This document shows, piece after piece, positions 13,129 to 24,500 of a stretch of DNA of 64,000 nucleotides. Both the position numbers and the translations under genes were made by a program. The stretch is from Bilabrum cf. latius. Its lineage: Eukaryota. How positions within the stretch are numbered: position 1 is the first letter of the stretch; each line of letters starts with the position of its first letter. The DNA lies in assembly GCA_965178125.1 (NCBI GenBank), contig OZ237769.1, positions 248,001 through 312,000 of the forward strand. The letters are read 5' to 3'. The notes below the pieces were generated by a model, which worked only from the letters and a program-made list of their open reading frames with translations, did not search any database and had not been told where the DNA came from.

Positions 13129-15567
13129 TCACGTCCTCCTGCTCTTCAAGCCCTTCTCTTGCTAACCCTCCTCCTCCCCACGCCCCATGTGCTCGCCGGT
13201 AGCTTTACCAGCACTCTTGGTAGTACCTGGACTTTGCGCACGGGCGCCAGATGGTGCTTGACTGTATCTGTTACTCGTCTCTGGTACTTCCACTCGTGCC
13301 GATTCCTCTGCCGTCTACACTTGACCCCTGCCACGCTTTGCTCCGATCACCGGTGATGCCCCTGCGCCTGTACCCTCATGCATCCCAGCACCCACTGGCT
13401 GGCCCTGCCCCGCACCTGTACCCCCGTGCATCCCAGCACCCACTGGCTGGCCCGGCCCCGCGCCTGTACCCCCATGCATCCCAGCACCCACTGGCTGGCC
13501 CGGCCCCGCGCCTGTACCGCCGTGCATCCCAGCACCGACTGGCTGGCCCTGCCCCGCCTCTGGAGCGGAACCCTGCAACGAGTGATTACCTGCCACAGCT
13601 CGGGCAGACAGCCCTGGGAGTCGACTATGGACGCCTATCCGCATTGAGCTAGATGTACCGGTGTTGGTTTTGCTGCTTGCTGCAAACCCGAAAGAAGCTG
13701 CACTGCTGGCAGCTTGTGTTTCGTTGTCTTTGCCTGAGAAGGCCTGCTGGCCTGACTAGAGCTGCAAAACGAGCGCATTTTGGTTTGAATCCGATGCGAT
13801 GCGGGCACCGTTCTACCGCTTGATACCTATGCCATCCATTCGAGCATGCCAGGTGTCAGTGGTAAGCCCGCTGTCCTAGCTAAACGCTGAATAGCGACTA
13901 CTCACCGATTTATTGTCATCGGCCCCTGCATCTAGGCCTACCCCTACCAATGCTTGCGAAGACGAAGTTTCCACTGACCCACCTCGACGAGCCAGGGCCT
14001 GCCCCGCCCCTTCCATACAGTTGTCTCTTTCTGCCAGGGTCGCAGGGTTCCCGATAGCATCATCGAGTCGCGGAGTAACCAATCCAGCCTCATCCATGCT
14101 AATATCTCCTTCTTGACTCATAGGGTTGCCATTGTCATCAAATCGCGGAGTCAGCACGACATCCAGATCTGGATCGGCTATACGAAGGCTGCTTTGGCTG
14201 CCCACTTCTGACAGAGCTTCGCCGCTTCGGTCGCATGGCAACAAACTACCGGTCTACGCCGCCACTGACTGGCTTGAACTGCTCATGCTGCTCATGCTGG
14301 CTCTGGCCCCAGACCCGCTTCTTTCAGTTGGAACGGATGGACCACCGAGGGCCTCCAGCATATCCCCGGGGATCCGACCCGGCTGGCCCTGAGGGTAGGC
14401 GGCAGGGGTGCCCCGCTGTTCACGACGGGCCTGTTGCCCTTCAGGACGGGAGGCTATGGGCGCCATGGCAGCCCGCGAGCCTCGCAGTTCCCTTGCTGCG
14501 ATAGGGTCCGTGATTCGCAGAACCCATTCTCTCTCGCACCTCAAGAGCTGAGCCGCCCATTCCACCGCTTCGAGCCCATAAACATCCTCAACTTCATCTT
14601 GGCTTGCGTCACTGCCTGTGCTGAGGCTGTCCAACTCGCTGCTTGCGTTGGCAGACCCTTTGCTCGCGCTAGAAGCGCTCGACGTGGAAGCCACAGTAGA
14701 GTGTCCCGATCTTGCTGTTGCAGCCATAGGGGCAATGCCGCGAGAGACTTGACGATGCCATGGAGCCATGCCCGCTCTATATCCCTATACCGTCCCGTGC
14801 GCCTTACCATTGGCCTGCTACTCCTATTTCGAGTGCTGCAAAGGTGTAGATATGCATGCAGCGGACGGAGACCGGAAGTGCGGCGGCTGGGGCACCTCAA
14901 CAACTGCCTCAACAGCGGCACCATGCTGTGCACAGCTGGATCCCAGGTCCAACCCGCGCCTGAAAGCGGCAGCCACCATCCGTTGGATTGAAGCGAGCGA
15001 TGGATGCGTGGTACCAGCTGGAGGGACTTGGGCACCCTGACGCAGAGGTCCCGAGTGCAGTGCCGTTGCCTCTACCCCTGCCCTCGGCCCTATTCCCGCC
15101 CCTGTGCCTGCCTCCATGGCTGCCTACATTTCAACAACCCTTGCTACCACTGCCCCTGGTGACGGTCTCAAGATCTCGGGCATCTGGGATGGATCCCCGG
15201 TGAGGATGGCCTCGCCCAACCATTTGGTGAAGCTGTTCTGTTTGTTCAGGCCTGGAACTTGCTGCGGCATTGTTTTCATAAGAATTTGATACCATTTAAT
15301 ACCGTTAGCTTCACTCCTTAGAACGGCTTTCTGAATTGTTTTTAGCTTGCTACTTATACTTGAGCCGACTTCCGATGAAAAAGCTGAACCCCTTCTCGAC
15401 TGAGCAATACTTTCGGCAGCGAGCAATCTCAATTTTTGCACATAGCTCCTTCCTCCTTTGGAATGCTGGTCAATGTGCACCAGCCATGCTTGAACCATCT
15501 GGTTGTGCTCCATTCGGGTACCACTTAGTGCTCGGCAAGATGGTCCTTGCTGCTTTGGTTGGCTCAT
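13129..15567 (-). CDS. Tandem family member F, 812 aa
   Basis: One frame with 10 TAG (15124, 14824, 14818, 14785, 14254, 13876, 13813, 13756, 13315, 13162) and no TAA/TGA until TGA 13129. Has the family domain at the N-terminus and a C-terminus homologous to members D and E. Confidence 0.8.
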
Positions 15568-16072
15568 GCCAAACGCAAAGCTGAGGTATTATTCAAATAA
15601 AGTGGGTGTTTGGGTCTTATTTGCCGAATGATTTTGTCTGCAATGCAAAGAAGACTTGCACGATACTAGCATATTGTTAATAATATACACATATTTGGCC
15701 ATCACCCCCATCCGTGCGTTCCAAACCAAATTAAAGCAACAGCCTCCTACACAAGTACTGCATAAACGTCAAACCGCCTCTATCGAAACTCCTCACACTC
15801 TGCGATACACTATTTCTAAAGTGTGGATGGAGTTTGTTGCCCAAACACCCTTGCCGGCATAACCGGAACTGTTTGCAACTTTGGCCAGCGAACTGTAGCC
15901 AGCCCACACAGGCCGCTGCTTTTCTCGCTGGGCTAGGCTGCACCTTCGTTTGATCCAGCACGGATCTCAGTTTTGCACACACAGCCACATATGCTCCGCT
16001 CGAAAGCCCCTTACCCCTGGAGTCGAGACCATCAACAGGCGCCCCGCAGGCTCTCCCCTTACCCCTTCACGT

Positions 16073-18592
16073 TCACCCTATAGGCGTGGCATCCAGTTCG
16101 TGGAAATCACCGCCGGAGTACTGGCCCAACATCTGCTATTGCTGCTGCGTGCCGCCATTGCTCCAGTCGATGCTGCCGGCAGTTATGCTCGCGAACGGAG
16201 AGCCGACGCACCCGCCGCGCGCACCACCCACGTACTGCAGCCGCGATCGGTTTCCTCCGAGCAGCTGCTCCTGCCTGGCAAGCCGCCCCCCACTCCCACC
16301 GCACTTGTCATACAGGCTCTGACCCCCCGCTGCCGGCGCCCCAGCAGCGCCACCGTGCGATGCACCCGCCACCATGGCGTGGGCGGGCCCCTCCGCCGCG
16401 AGCTGCTCCATGCACTGGTACGTGTCCAGTGCCGGCCGCTAACACTCGTCATCCAGTCCGCTGGCAGCCCACGACCCCTTCGACGGCGAGCCATGGGGCA
16501 TCAGCGCGGATGCACCACCTTGCAATGCACCCAGAACCCCGCACACTGACGAGTGCAGCTCGCTGGCCCTGGCCCTCGCTGCGACAGCCTCGACGCTTCC
16601 ATCCCCGTCGCCGGCGCCGCGCAATTCCAGCGGAACTCCAGGCAGCCCAGCCAGGGCTCGCGCCACCTGCACGGTGCCATCGCCGCTGGCATCGCGCTCC
16701 CTGACCTCGGCCCCCCCTTGTTCCCTGAGACCGTGGATGGCCCGCTCGATGGGGAGCGAGGGCACCGCGCTACACTCCGCGGTTGGTGTGACGAGTGACG
16801 CGTGTGTGATGAGTGGATACACGCCAAGGAAAGTAGATCCTGATCCTACGCCTCCGTGGCCAGCCACGCCACCGGCCGCCCCAGCACCTGAAGCGGAGCT
16901 CCCCCGTGCGGCGCGGGACCTGCCAGCGCCGGAGCCGTTCGGCTGTGAGGCGCCGGCTCCCTGGTTCAATTCCGAGAGGAGGTTCCGGCGCCAGACCGGC
17001 CTGCGCAACCAGCCGAGCGCACTCGTCACATCGCGCGCGACCAAACTGCCGGGCGCGAGCAGGTCGAGCGTGCGACCAAGAGCGTCCAGCACCGGCTGTG
17101 CGACCCTGCTCGCGGCCGGCCCCTGCCCCTGCTGCTGCTGCTGCTGCTGGGAGGGGTCCGAACCCCTGCCCTCCCCCACCAGCCCGTACCCCTCGGGCCC
17201 CAGCCCGATCCCCAGCCTGGTGAGGCATGCTCCGATCGACAGCGAGGATGCCCCCACCCAGGGGGCGAGGGGCCCGGGGACGGGGTGCAGCCGCAGGCGG
17301 ACGGGGGGGGCATCGAGCGCTTCGGAGGACGAGGGGCCGATGGAGGGGTCATCGCACTCGTCACACCCATCTGGCAGCACGCGAGGCGTCTTGCTGATGG
17401 GTCTTGGCTTGGAGCCTGCAGTGGTCATGCTGCCAGTAGTGGCACTGCCTTCGCCTGCCCCTGCCCCAGCGGCTGTGCCAATGCACCTGCCCAGGCTGGT
17501 GGACCGGTCCCGCAGCTGGCTTGCGACCAAGCCCCGAGCAGTTGCTCCGATGCGGGCGAGCAGGGCGGGGTGCATGTCCCCGCGGAGGAGCACAGCCTGG
17601 AGCAGCCGCTTGCGGAACTGGGGCGGCGCCGCGCACACGGCCCTGCCGATGGCACGCGCTGCCGCCCGAGCGGCCGCTGCTACGAGCGAAGCCTCGCCGA
17701 CGACGAACCCCGACGAACGTTCCCCATTTGGCAGGGAGGGCGAGCACGACCCGCTCTCCAGCGTCACCACCTAAGATACCATCCTGGCTCCGGCTGACAG
17801 GACCGGCCTAGGTTCCGCAGACTCGCGCGGCGCCGACAGCCGCCTGGAGGACCGTTTTTTCCTTGCCCTGGCCAGTCGAATCGACAGAGAATTGTGCTCA
17901 TCTGCAGCCTTCGACAGCTGCTCCACGGACCCTGCGTGGTGCCGCCGGGCATTTCTCGTGGCTGTGCCCCGGCGAAGCAAGCTCTTAGCTCGGAGCAACC
18001 CGCTTGCTCGACTTGTGCTCGCTTGCTGACTCTCGCCGCTGCTGGAACCGCCCCCGGGTGGTATAGCAATACCCGACAAGCATGGTTTGCAAGCAACTGC
18101 ATGAGAACCGAGCTTGTGCTCGATGCCCGGGGCGCAGATTGGCACCTCAACTTGAGGCTCGCACCTGCCGCACGCTACGACCGTCGCTTGTGCTTGCTGC
18201 TCAATGCTGCCACCTTGCATGGTACCCAGAGAAATGCTAACATCTATGCAGTTTTTCTGTCCAGCAGCAATCGCTGAGCACATGGCTGGGTGCAGCACAG
18301 ATACGGCAGAAGCAAAGGCAACCTTTGCAAATCCCATCGCAACTGCTTTCGAGACAGCCCAAGGATGCCTAAGGGACGGCACAACACAAAACGAGCGAGA
18401 TGCCGCTTTTGAGAGCCGCAGCCTACTAACAACTTCGAGAACCCAAGCATCAGCAGTCCGTTGGATATCCAGTTTTGAACGGCCCGAAAAATCAGGCAAG
18501 CATACAACCATTCTTGGACTTGTTTCTGAGCCAAATCCAATCGTTGCTCGGGTATTTTCGATCGTTATAACAATGGGAGGCGCTAATGACAT
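16073..18592 (-). CDS. Divergent actin-related protein (Arp10/Arp11-like), about 839 aa
   Basis: Actin-fold-like motifs IVITIENTRATIGFGSETSPR, AAGQKNCIDVSI, AVCAAPPQFRKRLLQAVLLRG and PWVGASSLS. In-frame TAG at 17771, 16439 and 16136. First TGA at 16073; the 3' end is uncertain. Confidence 0.6.
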
Positions 18593-18940
18593 AGTTTAGG
18601 TTGCAGGTTCGACTCAATACGCAAATTGAACTTGCTAGTTTGGCACTCGTCATCTGCACCAATAGTAACGTGCAATCATACATTTTCAAGATGCTCCCAC
18701 TCGGTCGCCCTTTCGGCACTTTACGAGGCATCCTGCCCTCGATTGAAGTACAGCTCCTTTATCAATCGGTTTATAATGGATGCCAAAGCGCAAGCACTGC
18801 AGGTTTCGCAGGTGGCAAGGGGGTGAGGCAGATTCTGAGGCTGTTGAGAGTACGCAGCAGTGGTGGCCAGGTACATTGCTAGCCTCTTCGTATGCAGCGA
18901 TTCACTTGGTGCAATTATTCACAAGTATTAATTCAGTTCC

Positions 18941-21081
18941 ATGGGATGGGACACAGCTAGTGTGGTCTTTGTAACATCACGTTGCGGTTGTCGGCCACAG
19001 GAGCGGTCTGGTCGATCCGTTCCGGTGCAGCGATTCCATCTTGGAATCCGCAAATTCTTGTATGATGCTCTGCCCATTTTCTGGTTGCAGGTTCCAAACC
19101 CAGTACTACGCTGCTTTCAACGGACGGTCACAAGAGATGAACCGGTTCTACGACAGAAGCGCTGTTGTCACTAGAATCTCATACCGAGCTCGTGATGTGA
19201 GGGATCGCAAACTTCGAGTACTGTATCTTACATTGAGTTTATCGTGTGCCCCATCGCAGGCGATGGAGTTGATGCATTGATAACGAGTTGACTTGGCGAC
19301 TTTGGATTGTACACTTGTGCTCGCTTTGCCTTGCTGTTGCCGACAATGTCCCGTTTGTCTCTGATCGAGTGCTAGGGAGCTGATTATCTATGTGCAATTA
19401 CGTTTCTGTGTTTCGCAGACCGTGCAACAGGGATTTGATAAAGAATCGATCAGCGCAGTTCTGCAGAAGAACCAGGCTGCAATCACTCTTCACGCCCAAA
19501 GTATATTGCCTTCCGTTGGACCCAATGGTGAGATTTTGTTTTCCCAACTTTAATTTTTCCACTGTTCGGCAAGCAACGCACACGTGCATTTGAGGCAGAT
19601 GCCAACCCGCGCATCGCCCCCGATCGGATTCTACTGGTGCCACATACTTGCCACGACCTGACACTGCATTTTAGCGACTCCCTCCATGACTTGCAAGACT
19701 TCCCAACATCACAGATTCGGTCAACATCATCGTTATTGGAACTGCCAGGCCCAGAACCGACGGCCCCGCAGCCGCCGCCGGCCCAGCCGCCGAGCAGCAC
19801 TTCCTCCAGACCTTTTGCCTGGGCAAGTTCGCAATGGGAGACAAAATCGGATTCACCATCCAGAGCGACTACCTGCTGATCGGCGACCAGGCCTTCGCAG
19901 CTCCCGCCAGCACGGAGGGAGCCATCGCAGTCGGCAGGGCAGCCGTGGGCATCGAAGTCGATTTCAGCGGAGCTGCTGCTGCTGCTGTTTCGGCCGAACC
20001 CGTAGCAGCGGCGTCTATCCCTACTCCAGCACCGACTTCCGCACCCGCACCCGCACCGGCACCGGCACCCGCACCGGCACCCGCACCCGCACCCGCTCCC
20101 GCACCAGCACCCACCCCAGCCCCAGCCCCTGCCCCAGCCCCAGCCCCTGCCCCTGCCCCGGCCCCTGCGGCCAGCAAGCCCGAACCCAAGACGCAGCCCA
20201 AGGGAGACGGCCGCCGCGGCGGCAAAGGTTCCGCAGGCGCCGCGCAATCGAACGGTGCCGCTTCCTCCTCCCCAGGAGGCGGCCGGTCCCGCGGCAGGGG
20301 GCGCCGCGCCGGCGGAGGTTCCGCAAGCACCGGCGGGGCAGCAGCGAGCAAGGAAGCCCCTTAGGCTAAGGCAGGCAAGCCCGCCCCCAGAACCTGGAGA
20401 TAGGCTGCCGGCGGTGCCGCCGGCGTCACGGTGGTCGAGCCTGCTCCGATTAGCAAGCCAGCAGGCGCCGGTGCTGGTGCCCGGGGCCGCGGCGGGGACA
20501 GCTCTGCAGCCAAGCCTGCTGCTGCACCCGGCGCTGCCCCTTCCGCTGGGGGCAGGGCACAGGGTAGCAGCGGCGGGCGCAGCGGCGGAGGCGGGCGCAG
20601 TGGCGGTCGCGGGCGAGCGGGCGCGGGCAGCAGCCCCAGGCACACGGGTGGTGGGGGGGTCGGTAGCTCCGCCAGCAAGGCAGGGGCAGAGGGACGGACC
20701 GTGTTCCTCAAGCACCTTAACGAGAATGTGACGAGTGCAGCCGTGATCAGCGCCATGTCCCGCTTCGGGGAGGTGGAGAGCATCAACGAGAGCAAGCTGC
20801 AGGGGGGATTCACCTTCGTCAACTTCAAGGCGGCGGGCAGTGCCCAGAAGGCCGTGCAGGCAGGGTCTGTCCGGGTGGAGGGCAGCGGCGAGGGCCGGGT
20901 GGAGAGGTATGTTCCCTTCGAGGAGAGGGGGCCGAAGGGGGGCAGCGGGGCGGGGGGTGAGGGCCGCAGGTCGGGGGGACGCGGGGGCAGGGGCTCGAGG
21001 GGGGGGCGCGGGGGACGTAGGTCTGGCGGAGGCGGAGGCAGCGGTAGCGGCGGTGGTGGTGGAGGCGGCGGAGGGCAGTGA
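18941..21081 (+). CDS. G3BP/Rasputin-like protein (NTF2 + PA-rich linker + RRM + RGG), multi-exon; start uncertain
   Basis: NTF2 motifs FQTQYYAAF..EMNRFY (about 19092) and HFLQTFCL..FTIQSDYL (about 19800). RRM TVFLKHL...GGFTFVNF, then an RGG tail. TAG at 20362 and 20401 are read through; ends in TGA. Confidence 0.75.
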
Positions 21082-21554
21082 GCGGTGTGCTGCCATTCCT
21101 GTGGCGTGTCGGCGGCACGCGGGGGGCATTCAGTGCCGCGGCGTGACGCGCATACAAGTCGGAGACTCGTGTCAGCAGAGGGCTCCCATGGTATTGCACT
21201 GCATTGGATTTGCGTGATTGCAGACCAAAAGGCCCTTTGGTGGTTCGAGAGTCGGGCCCATGCCCGGTGGATTCCAGGCTGCATGCACTATCTACTCTCG
21301 CAATATGATGTGTCAAGTTTGTCTACGAGTCGCTTGGCTTGCTTGCGCGCATCAAGCAGCCCGCTTGCTATCGCACTCGTCACACAAGTTACCGAGCGGT
21401 TGAGCCAACGAAAAAGCGCGCTCACCTCGTGCATTCATCCCGAACACACACGATTCTCACGACTGGTTTATGATCGTCGCAGTGTGCAGAATCTATTTGA
21501 TTTACCTGTCGTATTAATTGCAAGCATCAGCCCTAGTGCAGCCCAGGGCCAGGT

Positions 21555-24500
21555 ATGCAAGCTACTCTGCTGAAGAAGCTCAAGCAACGAGTAAAAACAG
21601 CCAGGCAAGATGACAGCACTGCATCAGCCATGCGGCACAAATAGTCAGATACTTATGTTGCTGAGCATAGAGCCGGGTATGCTATCGCTGCGCCGATTGT
21701 CGATGCAGATGGCTCCCGCGCTGACATGTGGCCGCGGAGCCAAGCACCGGAAGGACCTTCCGGTCAGATGGGCGAGCCAACATCGAACCAATCTAGGGAT
21801 TTTCTGGGAGCAGCGTCAGGCAGAATAAGCGATGTCTCGGATGACACGAGATTTGGGAGGAGTCCTATCCAAGAGAGGGAGATCCTCGAGAGGCAGCGAG
21901 CCAGGGCCATGGAGGCAATGCGAAGGACTCTGCACGGCACGACAAGAGACGGCCTGCCAGCGGTAAGTAGCCCTGCAAACACGGCCATGAGCAGGAATAA
22001 TTAGGCTTATGCCCATATGCCAGCGTCCCTGCCTGCCAGGAGCCACCAGTCGCAAGCAACTTTCGAGGACCTGCTCAGCGTGGCCAGCGCCGTCAGCAGA
22101 CAGGGAGCAGCGGCGGGTCACCATCAGGGGATGCGCGCCGGTTCGTCCCAGCCAATCCGACTACCGAAAGCGACACCTCCAGGAAGGCGCGGGATGCTGC
22201 TCACGGGGCGCCGCAGGATGCTCCCCGGGGCAAGTGCTCCGGGTCGTGCTCCTCTGCCACCGCGCAGCCCGCCCCTTCGCATCGACCGCGACCAGCGCGT
22301 TGCGTTGGAAATGCAGAGGCGAGCTGTCCACGCGGGCGCAATGTCACCGGAAGCGCATACAATGAAACCTGACCAAGCGTCCATGCAGGGTAGAGATCAT
22401 GACCAGGGCCACGACGATGCGGAAGCTGGGCAGCAGGACGGGGGGACAGGACATGGGTCGATGGGTGGGTTTGCAGGCAGCGACGATGGATTTCACACCA
22501 CGATGGCTGACAGTGCTGGTGAGCAGCACCAGCAGCAGCAGCAGGGTCAGCAGTAGCAGCAGCAGCAGGGTCAGCAGCACCAGCAGGGTCAGCACCAGCA
22601 GGGTCAGCAGCACCAGCAGGGTCAGCAGCAGGGTCAGCAGCATAGCAACTCCTTGGCATCCGTTGCACGGCCAAATTCCATCGGTGGGCAGGGGTTGGGG
22701 CAAGGGCAGGGCTAGGATGTGCAGGAATTGGCAGCCAGCACTAGTGACTCAGATGGTACTGATGATGCGGGACAGTCACACCGGACAATCGAGGCTGGGG
22801 CGGAAGCTTCAGAACCGGTCTAGTCGCTTGTCTCGTCTGAGCAGCGGTCGACCAAGAACAGCGAAGAAGACGCTGGAGTGTTGCGGCAGGAAATAGCAAC
22901 TGGCAAGACGGTGGGATCGGGCGGAGTTCCACCGCCACCGCCACCGCCACCACCAGCACCAGCACCAGCACCAGCACCAGCACCTGCACCAGCGCCAGCG
23001 CCAGCACCAGCACCAGCACCAGCACCAGCACCAGCACCAACGCCAGCACCAGTACCTGAGCCATCCAAGCCAGCTGTACGGCTGCCAGCTGCATCATCCG
23101 GTCAGCAGCCCCGAAGACAGACGGTACAAGGCCTGCAGCACAACGTGCAGGCCGCACTCATCACACGGTCGGGTAAGCTAAATCCCGAAGAAACCAGAAC
23201 CACCGTGGCTCCAATAGCCGGATTGACACACGCGGCCGGCTCTGTCTCGGGCATGCAGACCGGGCCCGCAGAGAGAATGGAAGAGAGGCGCAGGTCAAGG
23301 ACGACGGATGATACGGACTCGCAAAGGATTCCGAGACAGCGTCAGAATAGCGCAGGCCAAGGGGGCGGCGATGGCATCACTGCTAGCGGGGATGGCAAAC
23401 CAGCAAGCGGCGTAGGCAATGCAATCATCTCGCCCCGCGCGTCTCGCCGCAAGCTGCTGGCGTCAGGTGGTGACTCGGCAGCGGCTCGGTCCTGGTGGGC
23501 GCGGGTCACCAAGCCCGCAATCGAGCAGGGAACAAGACTGCCGGAGGGATCACGGCTTTCCGTAGTCGGGGAGCTGCAGCAAGCAGGCAAGCCACCACCT
23601 GTGAGCCTTGCCGATGCCGGGACGCAAGAAGACGGCGCTGCCCGCAGGTCCTCCTTTGACCACGTGGGTTTGGCCACCCCCGAGCAACCAGGGGTCCGGG
23701 CAGGTCGCCGCAGCTCCGCGTCCCCAGACCTCTCGGAGAGTTGGGTCCCCGCAAGACGGTGGGGTGGCCCCGGCTCTGGCTCGTTGGCATCGCCCGGCAT
23801 GGGCCTGGGCCTGGGTGCTGTGCCGCATCGGCTGCACGAGACCCTTGGGGCACTCGATGATGACGATTCCGACGGTTCTACTTCAGGTGAAGAAAAAAGG
23901 GAGGATTCAGCCAGCCAGGTCAATGCAAGCCGCCCCGACTCAAGCGAGGCTAGGCGTTCTACTGGTGGCTCTGGCCCTGGAGGAAGGGCAAACATCGAGA
24001 CGTCCAGGCGCAACCCGCTCCACACAGCAAACCCTTCCCTAGTGTAGCGCAAAGGTGGGAATGGTGGCGGTGGTGGTGGTGTACTAGAGGCGAAAGATGG
24101 AGGTTCGGCCGGTAGCAGTTCGCACGGCCGGCTGCACGCAGATGCTAAAGCCAGCAGACCCCTCCGCCGTAAGCTTCCTTCGATGCTATCCAAGCGGCTG
24201 GTGCAGGTGCTGGAGGAGCAGCCGAGCGACTCTAGTTCTGGAGAGGAGGACACGGGGATTGTGCAGGGTTTTGGGGAGTGGCCTTAGCTGAACCATGAAG
24301 GCCGCGCGCAGGACAGACAGACACAAGCCCATGGGCATGGGCAGGTGCAGGGACATGGGCAGGTGCAGGGGCACGGGCAGCCTAAAGTTGCCTCGCGACG
24401 CGGCAGCATCCGCGATGTCGCCCCCTCGAGCAGACCGTCCATTTCAGGGAACAATGACAAGGGCATGGGTCCTCGTCGGCCAACCTTCCTGTGGCCAAAG

